From NCBI GenBank assembly GCA_958009085.1, contig OY253668.1, forward strand, positions 1,922,001 through 1,986,000: a stretch of DNA of 64,000 nt. The letters run 5' to 3'. This document shows positions 24,986 to 37,862 of the stretch, piece after piece; position 1 is the stretch's first letter, and every line of letters begins with the position of its first letter. Made by a program: the position numbers and the translations under genes. The notes under the pieces are model-generated. The model worked only from the letters and a program-made list of their open reading frames with translations. It searched no databases and was not told where the DNA came from. The DNA is from Protoeuglena noctilucae (Eukaryota).

Positions 24986-26495
24986 TCAAGTGGCCTGCCA
25001 ACGCGACGGTCGATGGCCCCCAAAGACGGCCGGCAGCACGGGCGCCCTGTGCTTGTCCTTCCCGGGCAGCGCCTCGCCAACCACAAAAGCCTCCAGACGG
25101 GGCAAGACGCGCGACATCCACGAGGGCGTAACCCAGATCGTGAACAGGCACAACGCCACGATCATCAGCATCTGCGTGTGAACAGGCACAGCGCCACGAT
25201 CATCAGCATAGCGTGGCAAAGACCGCAGAGTCGAGCTGGCTCAAGCGGGGCGACCACGTTGCCATCCGCCACACCGCAGCTGCCCTGACACCAGCGCTCA
25301 CCAGCATGGCTGCGTCCAGGGGCAGGAACCCTGCCATCCGCATCAGCACGATGTGATACTCCATTCGCGTCGGGAAGGAGAGGCCCGAGAAGTGGACCCC
25401 GTCGCGCGCCGCGTGCAGGATCACAGCCGGCTTGCCCCCGCGCACCCCGCCGCGGGCATCCGTGCGGAATATCACTTTCTCCACGTCCATCAACGAGCGG
25501 CCCATCCGCACCGGCAGCGCCCACCCCTGCAGCGCCGTGGCCCCCCCGCCCTGCCCCGAGGGAACGCCCCCGTTCGAGCCCGGGCCAGGCCCCGCCCCAT
25601 CCCCGCGCTCGGCGTCCGCTCCGCCGGCCTGGCCGGTCTCGGCCCCTCCCTCCTCTGCACCCCCTGCGCCTGTGTCCTGCCCCGCCAGCCCCCGGTTGCC
25701 ACGCGTCCGCCGCAGGAGGTCCTGGTCGGCGGCGAAGCTGTTGATCTTGGACTGGTACGAGTCCGATAGCTTGATGGTCTGACCCTGCGCGGAGGGGGCG
25801 GAGGGGCGAGTTTTGCGGGATGACTTTCCTTTGTGCAGCCCCATTTCCCTCATCCTCAGCCCATCTGACGCGAACTCACCCTGTGATCGACGACGTGGAT
25901 GATCTCTTTCCCCACCATGAACACTCCAGCGGGCGTGAGGTTGACGCGGATGCGGGAGGTGCCCGTGTAGGCGACGCGGACCTCGTAGGTGCTGTTGGGG
26001 AGCATCCCTGCGCGAACGTGGAGAATGTGTGATCCAGCGGAGAGCGATATGGCATCATCTGCAAAGCGCGGCACGATACCCGCGCATCGCCCTCCACTCC
26101 GCGCCCTATTCCCTGACGCCCACCTTCCAACCAGTACAGGCGGACGCCCAGGGCCAAGTCGATTTCGATGTTTCTGTGGAAGGTTCCGGGATTCAAGACG
26201 TACTGATCCGGAGCGTCTCCGCCCGCGAGCCACTGCGAGGCGGGGCAGAAGGGCAGCGTGATGCCCACGAGGTCTTGCGAAAGGCTGGGGAGACGACCAG
26301 CGCGACGAGAACCGAGTTGAAGCGCGACATCGTTCAGCTGGCTTGACAAGCTTTCACCTCGGATAGCCGCGCCACGACGGCTTCGTCGTAGTGAGGTGCC
26401 ACGTCCGAGGACCGGGCGTGATGGAAGGCCCCAGCCGCCGCCAGCGCCAGGACCAGCAGCCAGCGGGGCGATCTCCACCTCATTGGCCTTGCCAT
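24986..26495 (-). CDS. Signal-peptide, C-terminally membrane-anchored protein of a conserved plant/algal family (possibly Pga1-like)
   Basis: Five exons join in frame: signal peptide MARPMRWRSPRWLLVLALAAAGA, LGVRLYWLEGMLPNSTYEVRVAY, RSLMDVEKVIFRTD, and TM MLMIVALCLFTIWV. Family assignment is from recalled motif resemblance only. Confidence 0.65.
25140..25209. repeat. Tandem direct repeat, 2 x 32 nt (31/32 identical), straddling a 3' splice site
   Basis: gtgaacaggcaca(a/g)cgccacgatcatcagcat at 25140-25171 and 25178-25209. Confidence 0.95.
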
Positions 26496-26840
26496 GCCCG
26501 GGATTGCGCAAGCATGAAGGGCGCCAATATGCTTATTCAGAGAGGAACTGCGCGTGATCTGTCAAAGGGCAGATTCGCTCGGGAAGGAGAGTAGAGCGTC
26601 TGGAGTGGGCTGAATAACACGGCGTCGTTCACGGACGTAGCTTGTGGGGTCCGACCGGTCGTAACCTGTCGCACCTGGCGCTTCACCCCCGTGCGCACCG
26701 CACCTGTCGCTGACAGACCAGCGCTTTGGCGCCCTTAAACTGCTTTTGGTGTAAAATTTGAACCTGGGGAGACGGCAGGCTTGCTCAACGGCAGAATCGG
26801 CTTCAGGAACTTGCGGCGCGTGGCGTCGACAGCTGGGGCG

Positions 26841-28169
26841 ATGGCCGCGGAGTGGGGCCCCGCTGTCAGTCGCTGCGATGACGGTGAGGATGGAGTAACA
26901 ATGTTTAAGACGCGGGCATGGCAGAAGACTGGATCTCTGGCCGGAGAGGCTCGTCGAGTGAAAACGCTCGCGCTCGCGCACAAGTCTTCGTGCTCGTCAC
27001 TCCCCCGCGCCTGTGGTCGACGCCGCAGGCATAACGTCGGTCCGATGGTCGCCGGACGGCCATCACCTGGCCGTGTCGTCGTGGGACGGGACGCTGCGCG
27101 TGGTGCACGCGGCTGACGGCGTCGAGGTGGATGCGTTCCGTCTCAGCGGACCCGTCCTGTGCGCCGAGTGGGCCCACGGATGGGTCGCGGCGGGCACAGC
27201 GGGCGCGGGCGTGGTCCTCTGCGACCCGACGTCAGGGTCGCGTTCGCTCCTGGGCCACCACGACGCCCCCGTCTCTGCGGTCGGGCCCCTCCCCGGCTCA
27301 GCCCTCGTCTACTCAGCCTCATGGGACGCCACCCTTGCTCTCTGGGATCCCAGGTGAGCCGACTGCCCGCACATGCACCTCTCTGGGCCATGCTAGGATG
27401 TGAGCGCCATGAGGGTGACATGGGGTTGCATCCCGGCAAGCGCAGGCTCCCTGACGGCTCCCGCTGTGTGGCCCGCGCCGCCCTGCCCGGCAAGTGCTTC
27501 TCTGCCTCGGCGGGTCCCGACCGTATCGTCGCCGCCACCTGGTCTCTCGGTGTGAGCGTCTACCGTGCCCAGGACCTCTCAGCGGGCCGCGTGCACGCCC
27601 CTGAGGCCCAACGATCCTCGAAAGCCAAGAGCCAGACGAGGGAGGTGCGATGCGACCCCAAGGGTGCTGGCTACGCCCTCGCCGCCGTCGACGGCAAGGT
27701 GTCGGTGGAGTATTTCGACTCCGAGGGGCGCCGGCCGTTCGCCTTCAAGTGCCACAGGCGAGCGGCGGGAGCAACCAGCGCTGGGTGGGGACTAAGTGGC
27801 GGAGGTAAGACAAGCAGCCCCAGCGCCCAGCGTGGCCCTCTGTCCCTCTCTCGCAGAGACAAGCGGCCTGACGGGGAGGCTACGGTGCACCCCGTCAACG
27901 CAGTGGCGTTTCACCCGATGGCCACCTTCGCCACCGGTGGCTGCGACGGCGCCGTGCACGTCTGGGACCCCCATCACCAAAAGCGCATCCACTCGTTCCC
28001 CGTGCTGCCGGCGCCCGTGGCGTCGCTGGACGTCAGCCCGGACGGCACTGCTGTGGCCGTGGCGGCGTCATATACGTACGAGCTGGGAGAGATGGGAGAG
28101 AGGGACGCGCCTGCTGAGCACCGAGTGTTCGTCATGCCGGTGACCGGCAGGGAATTCCACCCGCGATGA
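26841..28169 (+). CDS. BUB3: BUB3/RAE1-family WD40 protein, most like mitotic checkpoint BUB3
   Basis: DDGITSVRWSP, SSWDGTLR, HDAPV, SASWDATLALWDPR, VDGKVSVEYFD, FAFKCHR, HPVNAVAFHP, FATGGCDG, AASYTYELGE. Confidence 0.85.
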
Positions 28170-28332
28170 ACCATAGGCGGGCTGGCGACGCCACGGTCTG
28201 ACCTACGTGCTAACACGTGCTAAGCTCGCTGTCCGTCCCGCAAATACGCAAGCATTGAAATCCTTCAGACTGGTGTAGTCAGAATCGCGCGGGGCGCAGA
28301 GAAGCCGGCCCCTAGGGCCAAGGGCCGAGAGC

Positions 28333-31300
28333 ATGGGTCCTTGGCACCGTACGCAGCGCTCGCTTGCAGCGCTCGCTGCGCTGTGCGCCCTTCTGGGCAT
28401 CACTGCGCATGGTTTCGCTGCTCTAAAATCCCGGGAGCTCCTGAGCAAGCATCCTCTCGAAGCGATACGGCCGGACAGCATCCGCGAGTCGTGGAGTGAT
28501 GCCGTCACCGTCCGCGTGAGCCCGAAAGATCCCTTGCCTGCATCCGGCTCCTACGTCGAGGTGTCTTGGAGCGGATTCGCGGGTAAGGAGCGTTTCAAAC
28601 CCTGCGGATTCGCGGGAGAGAATCCAAGCGAGGGAGGTACCCAATGCGGACGTCTTTCTCTCTTCGCAGAGCCCAACGACGACGATTTCATGGCTGTCTA
28701 CGTGGAGGGCTACAGCATGCAGGAGACCTCGCCTGTCAAGTACCGCAAGCTCTCCCAGGCATCGCCAGAGCACGTCCGGTCCGGGTCGGGGTGAATCGCG
28801 TGCCTTTGCATCCGCTCCCACCAAAGCAGCAGGGCATCTGGGCAACGCTCCCCTCCCCACCAGCGACACAACGGCCTAAGTGTAGTGCAGCTTGTCAACC
28901 TGCGCGCCCCATCCCCACCCTCGCAGTTCGGCCGAAGTACAGCTGCTCAACCTGCGCGCCCCTCTGCGCATCGTGCTCTTCACCGGTGGATTCGACCGGC
29001 CCGTGGCCGTGGCGCAGTCGGGCCCCATCCAGTTCGCCACTTACAACGAGCCGACCGGCGTGCACCTCATGCTCGCCCACGGGGGCGACGTCCTCGTGCA
29101 ATGGACCACCCGCGACTCCGCGAGGCCTCTGGTGCAGTTCGCACGATCGGACAGCCACGGGCAGAGCGACGCTGCTCCGTCAGAGGCGGCTGCGTCAAAC
29201 GCATCATATGTTGCAGAGGACATGTGCGGGGGAGCGGCGGCCGGACGGGGGTGGATCCACCCCGGCCAGCTGCACACGGCGCGGATGGCGGGCCTCGAGC
29301 CGGGCATGCGGTACCGGTTCCGAGTGGGGGACCCTGACCTGCCCGACGCCCCCTGGAGCGCCTGGCGAGAGTTTTTGGCGCCCCCCGCCACGGGCCCTGA
29401 CGCCCACGTGCACATGGTGGCGTTCGCAGACGTGGGCACCGACGAGGCCGACGGGTCCAACCAGGCGAGCAGTCACGCGGTGGTGGAGGCAGAGGCTGTG
29501 CATGGTGGCTGCAGCTGCACCGACACACTCTCACACTCTCAGACCCCCCACGCACCCCCACTCCGCCCCGTGGGTCCCGCAGGTGCCGGGATGGGACCAC
29601 TATTTCCACGGTGCGCTAAACGTGGCCTCTGCCATCCGGGACGCCTTCCCTGGGGCCTCGTATGCGCCCTTGGGGCAGGAGCCAAGCGAGGTGGTGGCGT
29701 ACGGGCGCAAGGGGGGTCTGCAGGGTGCGATGGTGGTGGACGGTGCTAAGGCAGCACATACAGACAGTGTGCCAAGGGGTGGCAGTCACGACGGGGACCT
29801 GCCGCAGCTGGTGGTGCTTAACGGGGACGTGTCGTATGGTATGGGGGTGAGTCTGAGCACCCAGTGTGGCTCGTACCATGCGGCCTGCCACGGCCCAGGG
29901 CTGGGGGTGTTGCGTATCACCTCCCCTTGCATATCAGCCCGTCTTGCGAGTGCCTCTCCTTGCGTATCGCCTCGTCTCATGTTCCCGTTGCAGTTCGTGA
30001 GTACGTGGGACTCGTGGCTGGACGTTTTCTCCACACCACTCAGCTGGGCGCCGTGGCTCACGACAATCGGCAACCACGAGCGCGACTGGCCCGGGTCGGG
30101 GGACCTCTTCGGTGGCAACGACTCGGGGGGCGAGTGCGGGGTCGCATACATGGCCCGCATGGTCATGCCAACCGCAGAGGAGAGCCTGAGCAAGGGCCCG
30201 GGTGCCGAGAGAGCGGAGAGCGCCAAGGGCGAGCAGGAGGGGCGAGGGGGGCTAGAGGGCGTGAGAGAGAAGAAGAAAGACAAGGACCATGGAGGGGCAT
30301 CACACGCAGACGGGGCATGGCTGGATGAGGTGCTGTCGGCACCTGCGGGGGATGGGATGAAGCGGTCAGACGTGGCCGCACTGGGGTACGGCGCAGCACT
30401 GGCGGCGACCACGAGGGCGGCGTGGCGCGTGGGCGGAGGCGCGGGGCTCATCGCTCGTCACGTCGCGGGAGACCGTCCGTGGTTCTCTGTGGACTTTGGG
30501 CGAGTGCTGGCGTGGGGTACTGGGGTCGTGCTCAGTGCTTGTGGAGGCGATCACAGCGTCGATCTCTGGAGACTGTGGGGCTGCTTCGTGTTTGTCGATA
30601 CGATCACTCCGTGACGCAGCGGATGCCCTCTCGCCCCCGCAGGCCCATCCACTTCACGCAGATCAGCACGGAGCACGACTTCTCCAAAGGGTCGCCCCAG
30701 TACGACTTCATCCAGGCGAGGGTCCTGGCACTACAATATGGGTCGCCAGCTGCCTGTTTGCAACCATGAAGGCAATTGCAGTAACCCACGCGTGCCTTGA
30801 CTGCACCCACCAGCGACCCCAGTCACCTTTTCGCCCCTAGTTACCCTCGCGCCCCTCATCAAGTGCCCCCCGTCACCCACCCACCACTCTTCTGTTCCCA
30901 GCGCGACCTGGCTGCCGTGGACCGCTGCCGCACGCCCTGGCTCATCGTCGGTGGCCACCGTCCCTTCTACATCGACAGCCAGGACGTGACGCCCATCTCT
31001 GGGGACGCCACGGTGGCCAAGTGGCTCACGAAAGACCTTGAGCCACTCCTCCAGTGAGAATAGAATAACAAGCGCCGCGCTGTGTATGGGTCTACCGTCT
31101 CTTTGCCACTGCGCCTTCCCATGTCGCCTCGCATCTCAGTATTGCTACCGCTATCCCAGGTCAGGCATATCTCTTGCTAAGTCGAGGACATGTCACATGT
31201 CCTTCTCTTGCCTTTCAGGCAGTACATGGTGGACATGACGTGGACGGGCCACAACCACTCGTACCAGCGCACCTGTCCCGTGCTGGGCGGCGCATGTGTG

Positions 31301-31688
31301 GGGTACGCGGCCGACGGCACTGCCAAGGGACCCGTGCATGTGGTGATGGGGTTCGGGGGCGCGGGGCTCAGCACGGAAGTCGAGCCCAAGCAACCGCCCA
31401 TGTTCGAGAAGGCAGGGGCTTTGATATGCGATATGCTCTGTCGAAGGTGCGGTGTGCGCAGCTACACGTATGTTCATGACTATGCCCCTCTGCGGATTGC
31501 AGGTGTTTTTGGGATACGGCTATGCGATCGTGGACGCGTGGACCGAGGGTGACGCCCGCAAGATTCGCGTTCGTGCTGTGGCGGCCGACGACGGAAGCAC
31601 GATCGACGAGGTGGTGCTGGTGCGGCCCATGGACCCGGGGTGCCCCAAGGGAGCGGGGCACGAGCAGGGCGTGGCTGAGGTCTCCTGA
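28333..31688 (+). CDS. Secreted purple acid phosphatase (nucleotide pyrophosphatase/PAP27-like group)
   Basis: Signal peptide and all five PAP blocks: ADVG (DxG), NGDVSY (GDxxY), GNHERD, GGHRPFY, GHNHSYQRTC. Also DSGGECGV and STEHDF. Confidence 0.93.
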
Positions 31689-31965
31689 TGCCAAGGGATT
31701 GCACCAAGTCACCTTGCACCTGCCAACCGTGCTGCATTTCGTCGCAAGTCTCTGCATGTGGCTGCATGCCTGCTTCCGTTCCCAGAAAGCATTCGCTGAT
31801 TCCACACAACGCTGAGCGCTTCAATTCAATTCAACACCGCCAGCTGCGAATGGAAAATAAATAGGGACAACCATGCTGCCGCAAGTCTGCTCAGGAAACC
31901 CTGCCGCTCTGCCAATGGCTCACAATGGCCTATTTTGGCACTTACAAGCAATACGCTTTGTTCAT

Positions 31966-33102
31966 TCACTCTAAAAATGCGACGGCCTCGTGGTCCCCCT
32001 TGCCGCCCTTCTTCCTGCCCTGTCCACGTCCGCGCTTCCCGCGGCCCCTGCCCCTCCCGCCCTTGGCCCTCTTGCGCTCTGGCGGCTGCGCCCCCCTCTC
32101 CCCACCCTCCTCCTCCCCCTCTCCCTCTCCCTCTCCCTCCTCTCCGCTGCCACCCTCGGGCATCGCCAGCGCCGCCACTCCCACTGCCCGGTCCACGCCC
32201 TCCCTCCACTCCCGCCACTGCTCCGGCCCCAGCCCCAGGCTCTTCCAGATCATGTGGATGTGCTTGCAGTTCCGCTTCCGCACGCGATGGTCCACGCATT
32301 GGCACCCCTGCAGCTCCTGGTCGGACTGCAGAGTCACCACATAGTGGTTGCCGGTCGACCCAATGCACACGAACTTCGCATGCTCCTCCGTCACGTCCAC
32401 CAGGCCGCCCACGGCTGCGTTTGAGGATGGACGCGGAAATCGACATGCCCCGCATGCAATACAAACCCGTGAGCAGGAAAGGCGCAGCTGACGCAGGGGC
32501 AGGGCAGGCACTTGCCACGCACAGGCGGGCGCTGCTGCCCCCGAGCCCCATCGCTGCTCACCCAGCTCCCCCAGCTTCTCCTCCATCGACCGCCCCGGCT
32601 TCCGCTTAGGCTCTCGCGCCCCCTTCCGCTCCTGCTCCTGCTCCTCATGTGGTGCCGCCTCGCACGCAGCGAGGTGGGCGCTAAAATCTTCCGTCAAAAG
32701 CTCGTGGCACCGAGGGCAGCGGCCCTCCGTGATCGCGCGGTGCAACTCCGTCCCTTCCTCCGCACCCTCGCGCTCCAAAAGCTCCCGCACGTGCTCTGCG
32801 TCGCGCAGTCGCGTGCTCCTTCGCGTGGGCTCTGCTGGAGGCCGCTTTTGCCTCGATCGCAGGGCCTTAAGGTCTTGCTGGATGTCTCGAAGCTCATTGA
32901 CTGCATCGATGATGCCGAGGGCTGCGGCGGACGGAGGGTTTGGCGGGAGTTGACGCTTGTTGAAACTTGTTCGGCCGCAGCGGCGTCCTCCGGGCACCTA
33001 GGTGTCACCTATGAGCCTCTCGCGATTGCGGCGAATGATCTCCAGCCTCTGGATCTCCAAATCCGTCAGCGGCGCCTCTACGGCGCCGGCCGGTTCCGTC
33101 AT
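31966..33102 (-). CDS. SWIM zinc-finger protein with putative UBZ-like finger
   Basis: First exon MTEPAG...EIQRLEIIRRNRERLI joins ALGII; CPRC-x10-HLAAC; GSTGNHYVV...CQCVDHRVRKRNCKHI (SWIM CxC...CxH); acidic then basic tail. Confidence 0.8.
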
Positions 33103-33509
33103 CCTCCCTCGTTCCCCCTCGCGGCCCGGCGGGTGGGTCCGCGGGCGCTTCAAGCTGATCCTCGAGACGATAGTCACGGATGTTTCAAGAAAAGTCTCTT
33201 AATCGGCTGCGGCTCCGGGCTCTGGCAGGGCAATGACGGCTCGCCAGAGGCGACTTGCCGCCAACTGGATGCCATCGCTACCCCTCCCACCTACCGAGGT
33301 GCCCGGCGTTTCCCTGGGTCCCCCCCGGTCGCGGACGGCGACCACATCCCCTCCGACACCCAGTGGCCCACCGTGAAGGCGCCCTTGCGTGGCGACCCTC
33401 GCGTCCCCACACCTTGCCCGGCGCCTGTGGTCCCAGGCACCCCTCGACCGGACCCCAGAGGCGACCGCGCTGAGCCACCTGGCAGCGAGCGACGGAGCAT
33501 GGGAAGGCG

Positions 33510-36139
33510 TCATCGACCGCCCGCCAACCAGCTGACCGCGGCAGCCGCGCCAAACCCCGCACCGCGCCGCTCACCGGCCCCACTCGGCCCGGCCTCGCTC
33601 CCCGACGCGCCCCGCTTCTCCCTCTCGGCGTCGCCCCAGCCGCCGCGCAGGATCCGCTCCCACAGGTCCCTCCCCGCACTGCGGTCCGTGTCGCCGGCCG
33701 CCCCCACTTCGATGTCTGCTCGGCGGAATGCTCCCGGACCATCCACCACGGAGGCAGGCACGAATGGCGCCTCAGGCTTTGCCCTTGCCGAGTTTTCTGT
33801 GTCAATGGGGTGCCGCGGCTCGTGGGTCGCTCGGGGCCCGGTGACGACGTGGACGGGGCGGGCGGGGGACGGCAGCGCGTGGCTGGCATCCAGGTCGTCT
33901 CGGGTGAAGCGAGGGCCGGTGCCGGGACGCAGCGCGTGCGCCCTCAGGCTGTCCATACTCGTCGCCACCTCCCTGTGTTGGCCGGCCGTCAAGCGGGGGG
34001 CGTGGCTTGGGGAGCGGGGCGCGCCGACTGCACGTCGAAGCTCCGCCCTCTGGCCCGGACTGGCCGACGCCTCGCGGGCGTGCGGGTGCGAGCGCGAGTG
34101 CGGGGGCGATTGCGGGGGCGAGTGCAGGTGTGAGTGGGAGGGTGCTCCATGGGATGGTTGCCGTTCCACAGTCTTTGGTGATTGGCCACCGCGACTGGCA
34201 GCGGACATCGCGCTCCCGAGGCGCCGGGGAGGGGATCTGAGGGCGGAGTGGGGCCACAGGGTCAGTTGGCCCATTTTCTAATCCGACCATCGGATGCCCA
34301 GTCACTTTGCGCAGCCGCTCACCGCTCGTGCTCCATCGCTGGCCCCTTGTCGACGCTCCTGTGGCGACCCAGGCCCCCCGGGGACGCCCGCGTGCTGGGT
34401 TTTGCCAACGACCAGCCCGCCCCTTCCCGACCCCCCCGTGATCCCTCCCTTGGTCCCCGCGAGGGTGACTGCTGGTACCGGTCGCCCTCGATCTCCCCCA
34501 CCAGGTCCGCCAGTGCGGCGTCGAGGCCTCGGTCTTGCATGTACTTGCAGCGCTGCGTAGACGCACGCCACGGATGGGGTGCGTTTCGTACTGTGGAATG
34601 GCACCAGGCTGCCTGACAGCAGCGAGTGTAGCTGACCTTACAAACAACGCTAACGCACACCGCCCTTACCTCCGTCATGACCAGCTGGGCGAAGTCCCTA
34701 TTGCCCTCGAGTGCCCCCGCCGCACGCTCTGCTGCCCGCGCCACCTCGCTCCCCAAATCCACGCCTCCCAAACCGCCTGGCCCGTCATCGGCACCCTTGG
34801 TCGCCTCGGATGCACGTGCCCTCCCACCGATCGGGCCAGCCGCGACCCCGCCTCCACCCACCATGCTGGCAGCCCTGGGCGGGGATGGGCTGCCACCCCC
34901 GACCGGCGTCAGCAGCACCGGCACCAGCGCACCCCCCGGTCCCTGCAGATGCGCCACCATGGCACCGGCCCCGGCACCCGTGGCGGGCAGGGGCGACGGT
35001 GGGGCCGGCAGAGCGAGGGAGGCCATTGCCTCTGCTTGTGCAGGCGTCGGGGACTCGTCGAGCACAAAGGCGCCCCCCGGGCCGGCGAGGGGGTCGAAAC
35101 GGAGCTTGCGGAAGGCCAGGATGGGACTGGGAGTGCCACCCGGCGCAGCGGCCTGGCTGGGCTCCGTCGGGCCTGCGGCACAAGGGCCAACTTGCGTGCA
35201 TATGTCACCGATGGTCAGAAACGGAGAGGTTGACAAGGCAGCCACAAAATACGCAGCCGGCTCACGGGGGCTAAGCAGGGCGCTCACCCGGTGTCTCTGC
35301 GTTGCGGGTACTGGTGGGCCTTGCGCCGTCACCCTCCTCTGCTCGTGCCTGCACCCCCGCATCCCGCGCCGTGGCGTCGTCCTCGCTCGCCTCCTCCGCC
35401 CGTCCCGGTAGCGCTGCCGCCCCGCCCTTCTTGCCCCCCACGGGTGCCCAGGCCGCCAGCAGCGCTAGTTGCTGCTGCGTCAGCACCTGAGCCGCCTTGC
35501 GAAGGGACTTCTCCTGGGCTGCCTTGTGCTGGTACGTCTGCGGAGCAGCGGCCGACACGACGCGCGTCTGGGTCCTGCGACGAACGACGGGCAAGGGCTC
35601 GAAGCGCGGGATAGCCAACGTAACGTACCTTGGCCACCGAGACGGTACGGACCAGGTTGGACTTGAGCTGGTCCCTCTCGGATCGCAGCCGCTCCAACTC
35701 GGCTTCTGCCGCCTCTGCGCGTCGCAAGAGCTCCCTCTCGCGCGCGGCGTGGTCTGCTTCCCGGCGCTCCAGCTCGCCGATCCGCGCGTGGGCCTCCGCC
35801 AGCTCCCGCGACAGCTGAGCGACCTGCGCGGAAGTGCGCCCACGCGTCTATGATGCGACTGAAGCGGAGTCCACGCGCCGCGGAGCCTGCATCGAGTGCG
35901 CAGGGCAGCATAATCAGGAGCGTGATGGTGGGCATGCAGCTCCGCGCCTTGGGGCCGTCATCGTCGCTCGATCGCGCCGCCACCGAGAGAGCTTGCCCAG
36001 ATCGCGGTGCGGCGGCGGCGGCCTGTCCAGGCCCGTCCGCATTGGCGCTGTCCTGGCGAGCCCAGCGGTCCGGGAGCAGCTCGGCCAGAATCGCCTTGCG
36101 CTTCCGCTCCAGCGCCCCGGGCGACAGGGGCGCGCTCAT
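33510..36139 (-). CDS. Hypothetical coiled-coil/low-complexity protein
   Basis: Chain of splice-bounded open segments, including the coiled coil RRAEAAEAELERLRSERDQLKSNL. No family recognised. Confidence 0.6.
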
Positions 36140-36549
36140 CGCGCATCCCCCGTTGCGTCACTGCCCAGCGAATCGCAGGCGCGCCGCGAGAATCTCCAAC
36201 AATTTCGAAAAGGCGTCCTCCACTTAACGGCCCCTGCCAAGACGCAAGCGCGGTCTCGCCCTCTAAATGCGCTGGCCCAGAAGAGCTTATGCGTCTGCGG
36301 TTGGAATGCATGTGACGAGCAGCAGCGTGGCGTAACGGATGCTCTCCCTCTGGCATTGCGGACGCCAGGACTCGGCGCCAAGCGACCAAGAGTGCCCTGT
36401 TCTTCGTACTGGGGCAGAAGAGCCCAACACCTATTCATACTCGCGAGCTGCGCATCTGCGACAGTGGCCTTTAGCGCACATTGCTGAACGGCGCAGTCAG
36501 CGCTGCGACACCATCGCACAGTTGGTCCAAGGCAGCAGTGGCAGCCGTC

Positions 36550-37862
36550 CTACTTGGACTTCTTGGCGTTCGCCTCCGCGTTCGCGAGCCGAGTGACGAA
36601 CGTCGACATGCCCTCCTTCTGCGGCACGCATGTCGGAAGAGGGCCGTCTTGCTGGGGGACGTCTCCCATGTCGCCAGCTGCGGCCAACTCCGCGGGCGCG
36701 CGCGCACCTTCCACTCCTCGACCTGCCTCTTGCTCACGACGTTGGCCTCGATGAGCTTGTCGGCCTTGGCGACCCACACGGAGACGGACTTCATCGCCGT
36801 GGCCACCGCCTTCTCGAGCTGCTCCCTGCGTGCCAGAAACAACCAGGAGGAGATCGGCCACACCGAGCCAGGGCACGATGACGGCAGGGATCGCGCCGGC
36901 GGTGCGGGGCCTCACGGCTTCACGCCCTCGATCTGCTTCACGGCGCTCTTGTTGAACTGGTTGTTGGCCAGGAACTCCTCCATCCGCTTGTCGTAGCGCT
37001 CGAGGTTCTTCGCCCACTGCGGCAACGGAGAGACAACGACGCGTCGCACGCCTCGCCCCCATCCGGCAGGGTTGGGCGGGTCATGCTGCCCATGAGGGCC
37101 CAAGCCTTGCTGAAGAGGGGAAGGAGCAGCGAGGCGATGTGGCCGGCGCCGTTGTACACCGGGTTGATGAGGTAGAGGATGATCACGAGCTTGCCCACGT
37201 AGTAGAAGGGGATGCCCTTGAACACGAAGCCCCACAGCGGCACGGCGCGCGCAAAGTCCTGCGGGGCCAGGGATTGCGGAGCCCGATCGGCCCCACACCG
37301 CAGCTACGTCGCGGCGTCGACCACAGCCACCCGATGCGACTCGTGCGGGGCCCGGGGGGCTGCCCCAGCGCCCGGCCCAGGCGACATGCCACGCGCCTGC
37401 GCGAAGTCGAGGATGTTGAGGAGCGAGAAGACGATCCAGTAGGTGAGCCAGTGGCCGTCGTCCTCCGTCCCCTTGGTGGAGACCGCCTGCATCGACTTGT
37501 AGATCGGGTACAGCGTCCCGAAGACGTAGCAGAGGAACCTGCGGGCAGCGCGCGCGCCTCGCCGTGGCCGCGGGAGCTAAAGGGGCTTTCCCCCGGCACA
37601 TTTACTTCCCATCATGCCACTCGTCCACCGATACCGCGCCCCGGCGGGCCCCCCGCGACGATCGGGCAGCCTTGTTAGCGGGCGACCGGTCGGAGCCCCG
37701 GGTCGATTCCGGGAGCGCAAAGCGCCCTCTCGCGACAACGAAAGGACGGGGGATGGCGCGTGACGGGTCCCGGGGGCCCCCGCGGGAGGGCCAGCGTCGC
37801 GCGGCTCACCTGGGCAGGCCCATGAAGTTGCCGCTGATGATCTCGGTGAAGAAACCGAACAT
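36550..37862 (-). CDS. TB2/DP1/HVA22 (REEP/Yop1) family ER-shaping protein
   Basis: YVFGTLYPIYKSMQAV, DDGHWLTYWIVFSLL, IPFYYVGKLVIILYLINPVYNGA; helical C-terminal extension ending AKKSK. Confidence 0.9.

Noticed and set aside
25140..25209. 32-nt direct repeats as a CRISPR array
   Set aside because: Only two copies with a 6-nt spacer, in a eukaryotic gene, with no cas genes.
31940..31947. Chlorophyte TGTAA polyadenylation signal downstream of the SWIM gene
   Set aside because: One short match; I did not see it consistently after the other genes, so it is not called.
37690..37720. tRNA T-arm/B-box-like CCCGGGTCGATTCCGGG in HVA22 intron 1
   Set aside because: It lacks the TTC of the T loop, and no D arm, anticodon arm or acceptor stem can be built.
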